In this document: in pieces, positions 1 to 7,255 of the stretch
Layout of the letters: each line of letters begins with the position of its first letter
Position numbering within the stretch: position 1 is the first letter of the stretch
Source: a virus
Taxonomy: Duplodnaviria; Caudoviricetes
DNA length: 64,000 nt
IMG/VR virus record: IMGVR_UViG_3300037249_000373
Coordinates: 2,876 to 66,875 of that record
Strand: one strand, 5' to 3'
Translations under genes and position numbers: made by a program
The notes under the pieces: model-generated
The model's database searches: none
What the model saw: only the letters and a program-made list of their open reading frames with translations
Told to the model about the DNA's origin: nothing

Positions 1-67
1 GGATGAAGATAAAACTATATTTGATAGCCTAATAGAGATATTTAAACCAAGTAATAAACATGTAGGT

Positions 68-277
68 TTATTTATTATGCTGGAACTCAAGCCAGGCGAT
101 CATATCTAGTTCTTTCTTACGTAGTATATACTGGTTATTCAACCATTCATTTGTGCCATTCTTACGAACGTAGGAATGGTATTTGTTATCTAAACTGTCA
201 TAGTCTTTGTAATCATGGAATATATTTGATAAATCTTCAGGATATTCTTCTACTTGAGCATGATATTTTCTTGGCAT
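68..277 (-). CDS. hypothetical protein (69 aa)
   Basis: ORF track; AT-rich codon use; no recognisable motif. Confidence 0.5.
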   Translation of the reverse strand: MPRKYHAQVEEYPEDLSNIFHDYKDYDSLDNKYHSYVRKNGTNEWLNNQYILRKKELDMIAWLEFQHNK

Positions 278-341
278 TTAGTACCTACTTATAGTATATG
301 AGACATAATCTATTATAACATAATATATGTAGGAGAACCGA

Positions 342-686
342 ATGAGTAATAGTTGCTGTTGTAAAAATGCGTCATGGAACAACTTTAATAAAGAATTTCC
401 TATTACTACCCATTTACAGGGAACACTTTTATCACCTGTAGGAGAGCCTTTACCTAATGCTGTTATTACATCAGAAATGACTGATGCTGATGGTAGCTAT
501 GTAGGTGTAAGAGTAAGTGTAAGAACAGATGAAAATGGTAAATACAACTTTAAACTGGTTGGCGGTTACCATAATATCTATGTAGCCAAGACAGAAGATG
601 ATACAGAGAAACTAATAGGTAAAGTACATGTAACTGGTAATGACTACGATACTGTATACACTCTAGAGGCACTATTAAATAAATAA
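342..686 (+). CDS. carboxypeptidase-regulatory-like / phage tail-fibre N-terminal-type beta-sandwich protein
   Basis: AGGAG RBS at 331-335; 'LQGTLLSPVGEPLPNAVIT...VRTDENGKYNFKLVGGYHNIYV' is the typical transthyretin-like fold pattern. Confidence 0.65.
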   Translation: MSNSCCCKNASWNNFNKEFPITTHLQGTLLSPVGEPLPNAVITSEMTDADGSYVGVRVSVRTDENGKYNFKLVGGYHNIYVAKTEDDTEKLIGKVHVTGNDYDTVYTLEALLNK

Positions 687-687
687 C

Positions 688-733
688 TTGACACTCCTTA
701 TAAATAATAACTAACGTGATCTAGATCACACAA
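688..733 (+). promoter_or_regulatory. sigma70-like promoter (TTGACA 688-693, weak -10 TAACGT 712-717) overlapped by a CRP-like palindrome
   Basis: TTGACA exact; CGTGA-TCTAGA-TCACA at 715-730 compared with the CRP consensus TGTGA-TCTAGA-TCACA. Confidence 0.55.
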
Positions 734-743
734 AGGAGATGCT

Positions 744-878
744 ATGCTATTTTTTAATATATTAGCTTTTATAGGTTTAATTGCAGTTAATTTAGAACCT
801 GAATTAAAACTTATTATATTTGTATTGCTTTATCTTATTGATATGTTTTGGCTTAGGAAATCTTTAAAAGATGTATAA
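744..878 (+). CDS. small two-TM membrane protein (44 aa, MLFFNILAFIGLIAVNLEPELKLIIFVLLYLIDMFWLRKSLKDV); not in ORF track
   Basis: AGGAG at 734-738; manual translation gives two hydrophobic segments. Confidence 0.6.
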   Translation: MLFFNILAFIGLIAVNLEPELKLIIFVLLYLIDMFWLRKSLKDV

Positions 879-921
879 AGACCCTACGGGTCTTTGAGGT
901 CTTTTAATTAAGAGGTATTAA

Positions 922-1503
922 ATGAATGTAACAAATATTAAAGTATTTAACATACAAAGTGCATTAGAGGGTATGAGAAACCCTCTTGAATCATGGGCTA
1001 AAGGGGATACTAAAGATGGTATTATAGGTCCTAAAGACATGGTATTAGCTAAATCCCTTATAAAGGGAGGAACAGAGCATAGAAAGTTTCTAAGACAGAT
1101 TTTTGTAAGTATGTATATACAAGCTCCTATGTACTGGTTTGCTGAACTGGATACATATAAAATAGGTACTACTCGTAACAGTACCAGCTTTATGCATACA
1201 GGCTTAAAACAGCCATTTGTCCTTGGTGATTTTGCTCACTCAAAAGATAATGAATATTGGCTAAATAACATTAACTATTTAAACAAATTAAGGGAGGAAT
1301 ATAATACTACTAAATCTCCTGAAATATTTGAAGAATTAAGAAGTATTTTACCTTCTGGTTTTATCTATGGTTCTACTCTTACAATGAACTATGAGAATGT
1401 ATTAAATATGATAAACCAAAGAAAGAATCATAAACTATCAGAATGGAGAGAACTCTGTAAAATTCTAATGGATTTACCATATATCAAAGATTTCTATTCA
1501 TAA
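922..1503 (+). CDS. ThyX/Thy1-like (FAD-dependent thymidylate synthase fold) protein, divergent
   Basis: 'GTEHRKFLRQIFVSMYIQAPMYWFAELDTYK', 'ELRSILPSG' and 'TMNYENVLNMINQRKNHKLSEWREL' align by eye to ThyX blocks; canonical RHRx7S motif absent. Confidence 0.6.
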   Translation: MNVTNIKVFNIQSALEGMRNPLESWAKGDTKDGIIGPKDMVLAKSLIKGGTEHRKFLRQIFVSMYIQAPMYWFAELDTYKIGTTRNSTSFMHTGLKQPFVLGDFAHSKDNEYWLNNINYLNKLREEYNTTKSPEIFEELRSILPSGFIYGSTLTMNYENVLNMINQRKNHKLSEWRELCKILMDLPYIKDFYS

Positions 1504-1526
1504 TTATTTTCCTTAAAGTCAGATGT

Positions 1527-1552
1527 AAAGTCCCTGTTATAGGGACTTTTTT
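1527..1552 (+). terminator. intrinsic terminator
   Basis: AAAGTCCCT-gttat-AGGGACTTT followed by a T-run. Confidence 0.75.
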
Positions 1553-1826
1553 CTAATCATTAACAACAATCCTAATAGATATTTCATATTAATTTCTTAT
1601 ATACATATATAATAATACTAAAATTAATTGAGGGAATATATTAGATATAATATATAGATTTACTTTTTGTTTCGGCGAGTACGCCAAGTATAATATCGGA
1701 ATTCTAATCCGTCAATACCATATTATCTAATTGTATACTTTTTATACAGGGAGATATAATATATTATTCTTCTCAAATAAACCAAAATAGAAGAATATCC
1801 ATTAAATTAGAAGATTCTTATTCCTC

Positions 1827-1944
1827 AAGTCATACCTAGTTTTCTATAAATTTTGTATAAGTGTAACCAAAGTGCAATTTAAAAATTTTATAAATTTTGT
1901 ATAGAAACAAAAAGTCATACCTGAAATTTTTAATATTTTGTATA
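1827..1944. repeat. phased direct repeats in a long AT-rich non-coding region
   Basis: TTTTGTATA at 1851, 1895 and 1936; AAGTCATACCT at 1827 and 1912. Confidence 0.65.
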
Positions 1945-2004
1945 TATGCAGATTACATATTGGTAAAAAAAATTTATTAGGGGGAGCCCCCCCCTATGAC
2001 CCCT

Positions 2005-2016
2005 ACAATGCGATGG
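2005..2016 (+). promoter_or_regulatory. ACAAdGCGATGG early-region motif, copy 1
   Basis: ACAATGCGATGG; further copies at 2363, 3037, 4139 and 5527. Confidence 0.6.
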
Positions 2017-2041
2017 TGTAAACAATATAGGAGACATAACC

Positions 2042-2269
2042 ATGTTAGTTAATAAAGACCTCACTAGAGAATCATTACGTATCTACGTAAGTAATCATCA
2101 GATATACGCAAAGATTTTTCATAAATCCCATCATGGGAAATGGGAAACGGAAGAATATTTCAAAGATTATGGTTTTGAGATAGATAGAGAGCACACAAAG
2201 CTCACTATTAAAGAAATCAAGAGGCTTTGGGGATTGCAAAATCCAAAATTGAGTATTATTAATTATTAA
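2042..2269 (+). CDS. early hypothetical protein (75 aa)
   Basis: AGGAG RBS; first gene after the long non-coding region. Confidence 0.7.
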   Translation: MLVNKDLTRESLRIYVSNHQIYAKIFHKSHHGKWETEEYFKDYGFEIDREHTKLTIKEIKRLWGLQNPKLSIINY

Positions 2270-2362
2270 TTAATACTCACGTCCTGAGTAAGACGTTAAA
2301 CTGCTCACTAATTGTTTTTTTTTATTTTATATCGCATTGTATCTAGTCTAGGCTAGACCCTG

Positions 2363-2374
2363 ACAATGCGATGG
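2363..2374 (+). promoter_or_regulatory. ACAAdGCGATGG motif, copy 2
   Basis: ACAATGCGATGG, forming the right arm of an inverted repeat with 2331-2340. Confidence 0.6.
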
Positions 2375-2430
2375 AGCAATAGCAGAAATGCATTGCAATG
2401 TTCATTTATTTATTTTAAGGAAAAAAAATC

Positions 2431-2712
2431 ATGAGTAAGTTAGTAAGTTTAAATGAGATCGAGTTAGAAACTATGGTAAACCCTTCTGATTCAGAAGATT
2501 GCAAGTATACCCAAAAATCACAAAAGTATTGGAGTATGCTAGTGGTAAAACATAATCTATGGATCAACTATTTGACAAAGGAAAACTTAAAAGAGTTTAA
2601 ATCCAATCCTAACAAGAGGTGGAAAGTTATAGAACTTACCGCCAAAAACGGTGCATCATACTATTGGCTGGATGGCTTAGAGAAATCCTATGAAATCAAG
2701 GAGGAAGTATGA
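2431..2712 (+). CDS. early hypothetical protein (93 aa)
   Basis: AAGGA RBS; ATGA overlap with the next gene. Confidence 0.7.
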   Translation: MSKLVSLNEIELETMVNPSDSEDCKYTQKSQKYWSMLVVKHNLWINYLTKENLKEFKSNPNKRWKVIELTAKNGASYYWLDGLEKSYEIKEEV

Positions 2713-2951
2713 TTATTACCGATTATTTAAGACAGAAGCTTGTTGATAAGTTGGGTGGATGGCAGTCGGCAACGGCATGCCATTTTAACTCAGCTGTTTA
2801 CAAAGCGAAATGTCGATTCATCGACAATATAGATGAAATAGAGCTGGCGAAAGCTAGCTTTAAAGGTGTTGCCGGAAAAGGAACACCAAAAGCCTCTGCT
2901 GAACCGGCACAGCAAGAGGCTCAACTAGTAAGTCTAGATGATATTATCTAG
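2709..2951 (+). CDS. early hypothetical protein (80 aa)
   Basis: GGAGG RBS; coupled to upstream gene; followed by a terminator. Confidence 0.7.
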   Translation: MIITDYLRQKLVDKLGGWQSATACHFNSAVYKAKCRFIDNIDEIELAKASFKGVAGKGTPKASAEPAQQEAQLVSLDDII

Positions 2952-2957
2952 CACCCT

Positions 2958-2990
2958 AATGAGAGACATTTATTGTCTCTCATTTTTATT
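2958..2990 (+). terminator. intrinsic terminator
   Basis: AATGAGAGACA-tttat-TGTCTCTCATT plus T-run. Confidence 0.8.
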
Positions 2991-3036
2991 TTATATTATT
3001 TCATTGCATGAAATAAGCTAGTCCTAAGCTAGTCCT

Positions 3037-3048
3037 ACAAAGCGATGG
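3037..3048 (+). promoter_or_regulatory. ACAAdGCGATGG motif, copy 3
   Basis: ACAAAGCGATGG, preceded by tandem GCTAGTCCTA x2. Confidence 0.6.
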
Positions 3049-3171
3049 TAATAATATAATATATCAACTATATCCTATTTAACTAGTGTAAAACATACGC
3101 TATTTACAATAGGTTAATGAATTAGATAGCTACAATACCATTGCTAGTGTCTAATTCTTTATTATTCATGG

Positions 3172-3184
3172 AGGGCTACGCCCT
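3172..3184 (+). promoter_or_regulatory. N4-type hairpin promoter candidate (AGGGC-TAC-GCCCT)
   Basis: 5-bp stem; the - (template) strand reads C-GTA-G triloop, the class used by N4 vRNAP promoters; lies 41 bp upstream of RNAP1. Confidence 0.65.
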
Positions 3185-3225
3185 TTGTGTGGTTTAAATT
3201 TCATTCAATTTAAGGAGTTAAAGTT

Positions 3226-4125
3226 ATGAATGATTTAAAAGAAGTGTGCAAGATACTCGCACCTAAAATAAAACAAAAGATAGTATCTCGTATCCTGGCC
3301 AGATATGAAGTATTAAAGGGTAAGGTTACCAAGCAAGGTAAACCTTATAATACACAATATCTAGATGAGCTATTACAATTAGCTCAAATAGTAAAATTGG
3401 AACCATTAATCGAGAATACAATTCTCAGATTAAGGGAAACTTCAAAAAGCGAGCCAACAAGTATACATCAGTTTGTAGGCTCAACAGTTCCAAAAGAACT
3501 GGAATGGTGTATTTCGAGTAAAAGGTTAGCTCGCTTAGGCCAGTGGGCTACAATGTTTCTAGATACATTAGTAGTAGACTTCCATATAATTAAGAAGTCA
3601 GATGTAAAAATAGAAGCTAATAATGGGTTATTTATGGACGGTTATTATTTAAACCGTCAAGCTTTAATTCAAAACTATGGCTGTGAAGGAATAACACAGC
3701 CTAACAAAAAACCAAGATTAACCCATAGAGTGTTAGGCACAATATGGGCAAGGGATGGTAATGAATTAGATCATAATGATATTGCCCTAGAGTTACTTAA
3801 CAATACTCCATTAACATTCAACCAGGATGTAATGGAAAAGTTAGGATACGAATTCAATCTCTCTGAACCAGATAAGAAAGATTGGGATTCAGTGAAATTC
3901 CCAGTGTATGAAGACTGGGTAGAAGCTAGAGAAAAAGCCCACAAGGCTTATATATCTAAGCTCCCAGAGTATATAAAGAAAGAATCAGGTGTGGTTTACA
4001 ATACCTATGCACCGGATTCAAGGGGTAGACTCTACCCAACTAATGATACCGGCAACTTTGTAGGTATAAAATATGTTAGAGCAGTTATTCAATCTGCTGA
4101 ACCAGACAAAATTGAACTAGAGTAA
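3226..4125 (+). CDS. RNA polymerase II subunit 1 (N4 gp15-like)
   Basis: 'YAPDSRGRLYP' is the T7-type DxRGRxY motif; size and position as in N4-like phages. Confidence 0.9.
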   Translation: MNDLKEVCKILAPKIKQKIVSRILARYEVLKGKVTKQGKPYNTQYLDELLQLAQIVKLEPLIENTILRLRETSKSEPTSIHQFVGSTVPKELEWCISSKRLARLGQWATMFLDTLVVDFHIIKKSDVKIEANNGLFMDGYYLNRQALIQNYGCEGITQPNKKPRLTHRVLGTIWARDGNELDHNDIALELLNNTPLTFNQDVMEKLGYEFNLSEPDKKDWDSVKFPVYEDWVEAREKAHKAYISKLPEYIKKESGVVYNTYAPDSRGRLYPTNDTGNFVGIKYVRAVIQSAEPDKIELE

Positions 4126-4138
4126 GCCCTCTAGTAAA

Positions 4139-4150
4139 ACAAGGCGATGG
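4139..4150 (+). promoter_or_regulatory. ACAAdGCGATGG motif, copy 4
   Basis: ACAAGGCGATGG, preceded by hairpin ACTAGAG-taagcc-CTCTAGT. Confidence 0.6.
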
Positions 4151-4180
4151 GAGCTGTGTAGTGATACATGGCTCTTTTTT
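4151..4180 (+). terminator. terminator-like hairpin between RNAP1 and RNAP2
   Basis: GAGCTGTGTA-gtga-TACATGGCTC plus T6. Confidence 0.6.
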
Positions 4181-4206
4181 ATATAACATTTTAAGGGAAA
4201 TTAGTT

Positions 4207-5457
4207 ATGAAATTATATACAGCATTCCAATATGTATTGAGCCAAGTAGGTTCATTCGTATTGGGAATGGACAAAGATTCATTCGAAAACCGTATTAATG
4301 CGGTAAAAGGAATGGCAATGGATAAATTAGAAGCCATTGCAGAAAACCTAACAGGTACAAACCAGGCTTTAGCATACCAGAGCTTGGTAATGTATAAGGA
4401 CGTTCTAACAAAACGTCAAACCAGGTTATTCATATTCTTAGACTGGTGCTCATCAGGTGCCAGTCTCCTAGCTGCACTTACAAGGTGCATTAAAGGCATG
4501 GAGTCATGTGGTGTATTTAATACTACAAAACCAGGTAATCTTTACCAGGAGGTTACCGACCTTTTGATTAAAAAGCTTAATGATTTAAGCTTAACTAGAT
4601 CAGAAACCAAGTCCTTTACAGTTCCATTTTATTATGGTGGTGACGCCAATGTGAGATGGGCTCTAGGGGAAGAAAACGTGCATACATTCCATGAGGTATA
4701 TGCAGAGCTCTTACCAGGAGCATATGACTTCCGCAACAAGGGAGTAAATGCATGGAATGAGTCCAAGGATGAGTACTCATGGACAATGCCAGATGGTTAT
4801 CAGGTAGCAGTACCAGTGCTATCAGATAGTGAACTGGTTACGGTGGACTTTAACGGTGGCAGTTACAAATGTCACTTTAAGGTTAAAGCTCCTAGACCTA
4901 CTTACATAGAAACAAATCAAAACCACTATGTAAGAAACCACAAGACAAAAGGTTTAGGTGCACATGTGATTCATTCTACCGATGCTCTTGTATTGAGAGA
5001 GATGGTAGGAATGGCTCATATGCCACGCTATAAGGCTGAGGCTATATTGCGTCAAACCAAGAAAGGTTATGATGCCGATATGGCTGAAGACAAAACATTA
5101 GAACATTTATTGTTGGCTTGGGAAAATACCAATATGCCATCAGTAAGATGGTTCTATGAACTGTCACAGTTTGAAAATGCAGTTACATTACCATATGAAC
5201 TGTATGATCAACTGGCTGAATTAGCAACCAGGTTAGATGATATAGAATTTGACATGATTACAATTCATGATGAATTCGGTTGTCTACCATCTCATGTAAA
5301 CAGCATGAGAAAGTATGCAAATATAATTTATGCCAATATATACCGTTCTAACTTAATGGACTATTTCAATAGAACATTAAATATGGATGTCAAAGTTGGC
5401 GAATTCAAGCAAGAGATCTATGACAGATTATTGGAGGTAGATTACTTATTGTCATAG
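4207..5457 (+). CDS. RNA polymerase II subunit 2 (N4 gp16-like)
   Basis: Motif A 'FLDWCSSG', motif B 'RSETKSFTVPFYYGG', 'VIHSTDA', motif C 'TIHDEFG'. Confidence 0.92.
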   Translation: MKLYTAFQYVLSQVGSFVLGMDKDSFENRINAVKGMAMDKLEAIAENLTGTNQALAYQSLVMYKDVLTKRQTRLFIFLDWCSSGASLLAALTRCIKGMESCGVFNTTKPGNLYQEVTDLLIKKLNDLSLTRSETKSFTVPFYYGGDANVRWALGEENVHTFHEVYAELLPGAYDFRNKGVNAWNESKDEYSWTMPDGYQVAVPVLSDSELVTVDFNGGSYKCHFKVKAPRPTYIETNQNHYVRNHKTKGLGAHVIHSTDALVLREMVGMAHMPRYKAEAILRQTKKGYDADMAEDKTLEHLLLAWENTNMPSVRWFYELSQFENAVTLPYELYDQLAELATRLDDIEFDMITIHDEFGCLPSHVNSMRKYANIIYANIYRSNLMDYFNRTLNMDVKVGEFKQEIYDRLLEVDYLLS

Positions 5458-5470
5458 TTTCTTGTTGGAG

Positions 5471-5506
5471 GGCACAGCTCGCAAGCTCGCTGTGCCTATT
5501 TTATTG
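5471..5506 (+). terminator. intrinsic terminator
   Basis: GGCACAGC...GCTGTGCC followed by TATTTTATT. Confidence 0.6.
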
Positions 5507-5526
5507 TTTACTATTTTTACAGGGTT

Positions 5527-5555
5527 ACAAGGCGATGGATAGAGGGCGTAGCCCT
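5527..5555 (+). promoter_or_regulatory. ACAAdGCGATGG motif copy 5 followed by an inverted hairpin AGGGC-GTA-GCCCT
   Basis: ACAAGGCGATGG at 5527-5538; hairpin at 5543-5555 is in the opposite orientation to the other copies. Confidence 0.6.
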
Positions 5556-5597
5556 GTAATAAGTTTATTATTTTTTATTTTTTAGGAGTTAAAAAAA

Positions 5598-6008
5598 ATG
5601 GGTATATTAGCGATAAATTTAACTCAGCACGAATTAACTGCTGAGCAGAAAGAAGATGCGTATTGGGTAAGATTTGATTCTTACAATGGTACAAACAGTA
5701 ACATTGAAATAAAAAAGTTGTTAACTTTTGAGTTTCAACCAGATACAGCTGAAATACAAGAAAGAGCAGAAAAATTAGCAGAAATCGCTGAAGGAATTTT
5801 CCTTCAGTTAGATCCTGAGGAGGCATTGCCTCATAAAACTCTAATAGGAGGGGCACCATATTTAATGGGCCCATTAGAAAAAGAATTACATAAGAGAGGA
5901 ATACAACCAATGTACTCCTTCTCTAAGAGGGTATCCATAGAAACTACCAATGAAAAAGGAATTATTAAGACATCCACATTTAAACATGTGGGATGGATAG
6001 AGGTATAA
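5598..6008 (+). CDS. Csx20/Crn1-like protein, candidate cyclic-oligoadenylate ring nuclease
   Basis: N-terminal 'INLTQHELTAEQKEDA', central 'LIGGAPYLM...IQPMYSFSKR' and C-terminal 'VSIETTNEKGIIKTSTFKHVGWIEV' resemble the Csx20 pattern recalled from memory. Confidence 0.55.
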   Translation: MGILAINLTQHELTAEQKEDAYWVRFDSYNGTNSNIEIKKLLTFEFQPDTAEIQERAEKLAEIAEGIFLQLDPEEALPHKTLIGGAPYLMGPLEKELHKRGIQPMYSFSKRVSIETTNEKGIIKTSTFKHVGWIEV

Positions 6009-6030
6009 ACTAATACTACATCAATTATTA

Positions 6031-6073
6031 AATAAGCTAGAACAGAGAAATCTGTTCTAGCTTATTTTTTTTT
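6031..6073 (+). terminator. intrinsic terminator
   Basis: AATAAGCTAGAACAGA-gaaa-TCTGTTCTAGCTTATT plus T-run. Confidence 0.85.
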
Positions 6074-6093
6074 AATAGAGCTAAAAGTTCATA

Positions 6094-6106
6094 AGGGCTA
6101 CGCCCT
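6094..6106 (+). promoter_or_regulatory. TAC-loop hairpin promoter candidate
   Basis: AGGGC-TAC-GCCCT, identical to 3172-3184. Confidence 0.65.
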
Positions 6107-6178
6107 GAATAAATAATAAGAAGCATGATATAAATGCTGATTCTATGATTTCATTTACCCAGATTTAAGGAAAATATC

Positions 6179-6535
6179 ATGATCTACACAAGTTATTATG
6201 CAAAAGCACGTTATATTAAAAATGCTATTCTGGTACAGATAAGTAACAGTGCTCCTATGAATGTGGATTATACAATCAGACCTGCAATACCAGCATGGTC
6301 AATAGTATCTGCACATAAAAACAAACAAATTACTAATGAGCAATACACTGAAAGATATATTGCTGATACCGATTTTGTTGCTGTTAAAGCTGAGTTAGAT
6401 GCCATTCAAGCAACAAATAAGGATAAGAATATTATCTTATTGTGTTATGAGAAACCAAATAGTTTCTGTCATAGACATATCCTTGCTGAAAAGCTTAACG
6501 AGGATTATAACTTAAACATTAAGGAATGGGTTTAG
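6179..6535 (+). CDS. DUF488-family protein
   Basis: 'MIYTSYYAK' start and 'LLCYEKPNSFCHRHILAEKL' signature. Confidence 0.8.
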   Translation: MIYTSYYAKARYIKNAILVQISNSAPMNVDYTIRPAIPAWSIVSAHKNKQITNEQYTERYIADTDFVAVKAELDAIQATNKDKNIILLCYEKPNSFCHRHILAEKLNEDYNLNIKEWV

Positions 6536-6587
6536 GAAGGCTACGCCTCTTAAAAATGTTATTTTTTTCAGTGTTAGGAGCTAAAAA

Positions 6588-6707
6588 ATGATTAGAACAG
6601 AATTTGCTTATTATTACATAGGTTTAGCCTGGTACAAGGTATATAGAGATAACACATTACTAGGTATATTTGATGAATATACAGTTAAAGAGGATTTTTC
6701 TAACTAG
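6588..6707 (+). CDS. micro-protein, 39 aa (MIRTEFAYYYIGLAWYKVYRDNTLLGIFDEYTVKEDFSN); not in ORF track
   Basis: AGGAG at 6576-6580; downstream of hairpin 6538-6548; followed by a terminator; paralog at 7772. Confidence 0.7.
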   Translation: MIRTEFAYYYIGLAWYKVYRDNTLLGIFDEYTVKEDFSN

Positions 6708-6721
6708 CTCCTTAAAAATGT

Positions 6722-6750
6722 AAAGCCCTAGCAATAGGGCTTATTTTTTA
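6722..6750 (+). terminator. intrinsic terminator
   Basis: AAGCCCTA-gcaa-TAGGGCTT plus T-run. Confidence 0.8.
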
Positions 6751-6824
6751 ATTTTAAGAGCATATATGAGCTGGTAAGGTATTTGTATTACTGAATAGTA
6801 TATCGTTCAATAGAGAGCGTATAC

Positions 6825-7031
6825 GTGCGTCTAATGAGGTGTTTATTTATGACAGAAGAAGATAAAAAAGAAATTGAGAAAATGATTTTAGAAAAACCAA
6901 AAGAAAAAGGATTTATAGAAGAAACTTTACAAGAAGTTAAAGAGGTTAAATTTACAGATAAAACTGTAAACATACCAAAAAAATTATTAATTAAAGGAGC
7001 ATTAATTGCTCTTGGTTTATACATATTTTAG
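6825..7031 (+). CDS. small C-terminally anchored membrane protein (likely start ATG 6849)
   Basis: GAGG RBS before 6849; charged N-terminus; hydrophobic C-terminus 'LLIKGALIALGLYIF'. Confidence 0.6.
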   Translation: MRLMRCLFMTEEDKKEIEKMILEKPKEKGFIEETLQEVKEVKFTDKTVNIPKKLLIKGALIALGLYIF

Positions 7032-7041
7032 GAATCACAAC

Positions 7042-7255
7042 ATGATAAACTCCGTGTTAAAGGGGAGTCTTAATTGGTTCCCTTTGTTTATTGATTTGGA
7101 GAATTGTTATTTATTTAATCTTATGTGCATTAGACACACCTGAAGTTGAATACAGTTGGTCTACTAAAGAGTGCGTAAGAGTTGTTTACATGGACGGTAA
7201 GACAACTAATTGTGATGTCTTACCAGATAGATTTGATAAGGTATGGGTGAAGTAA
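7042..7255 (+). pseudogene. frameshifted membrane-anchored protein, paralog of 24955..25158
   Basis: ATG 7042 frame joins the 7064-7255 frame if one G of GGGG (7062-7065) is removed, giving MINSVLKGVLIGSLCLLIWRIVIYLILCALDTPEVEYSWSTKECVRVVYMDGKTTNCDVLPDRFDKVWVK. Confidence 0.6.
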
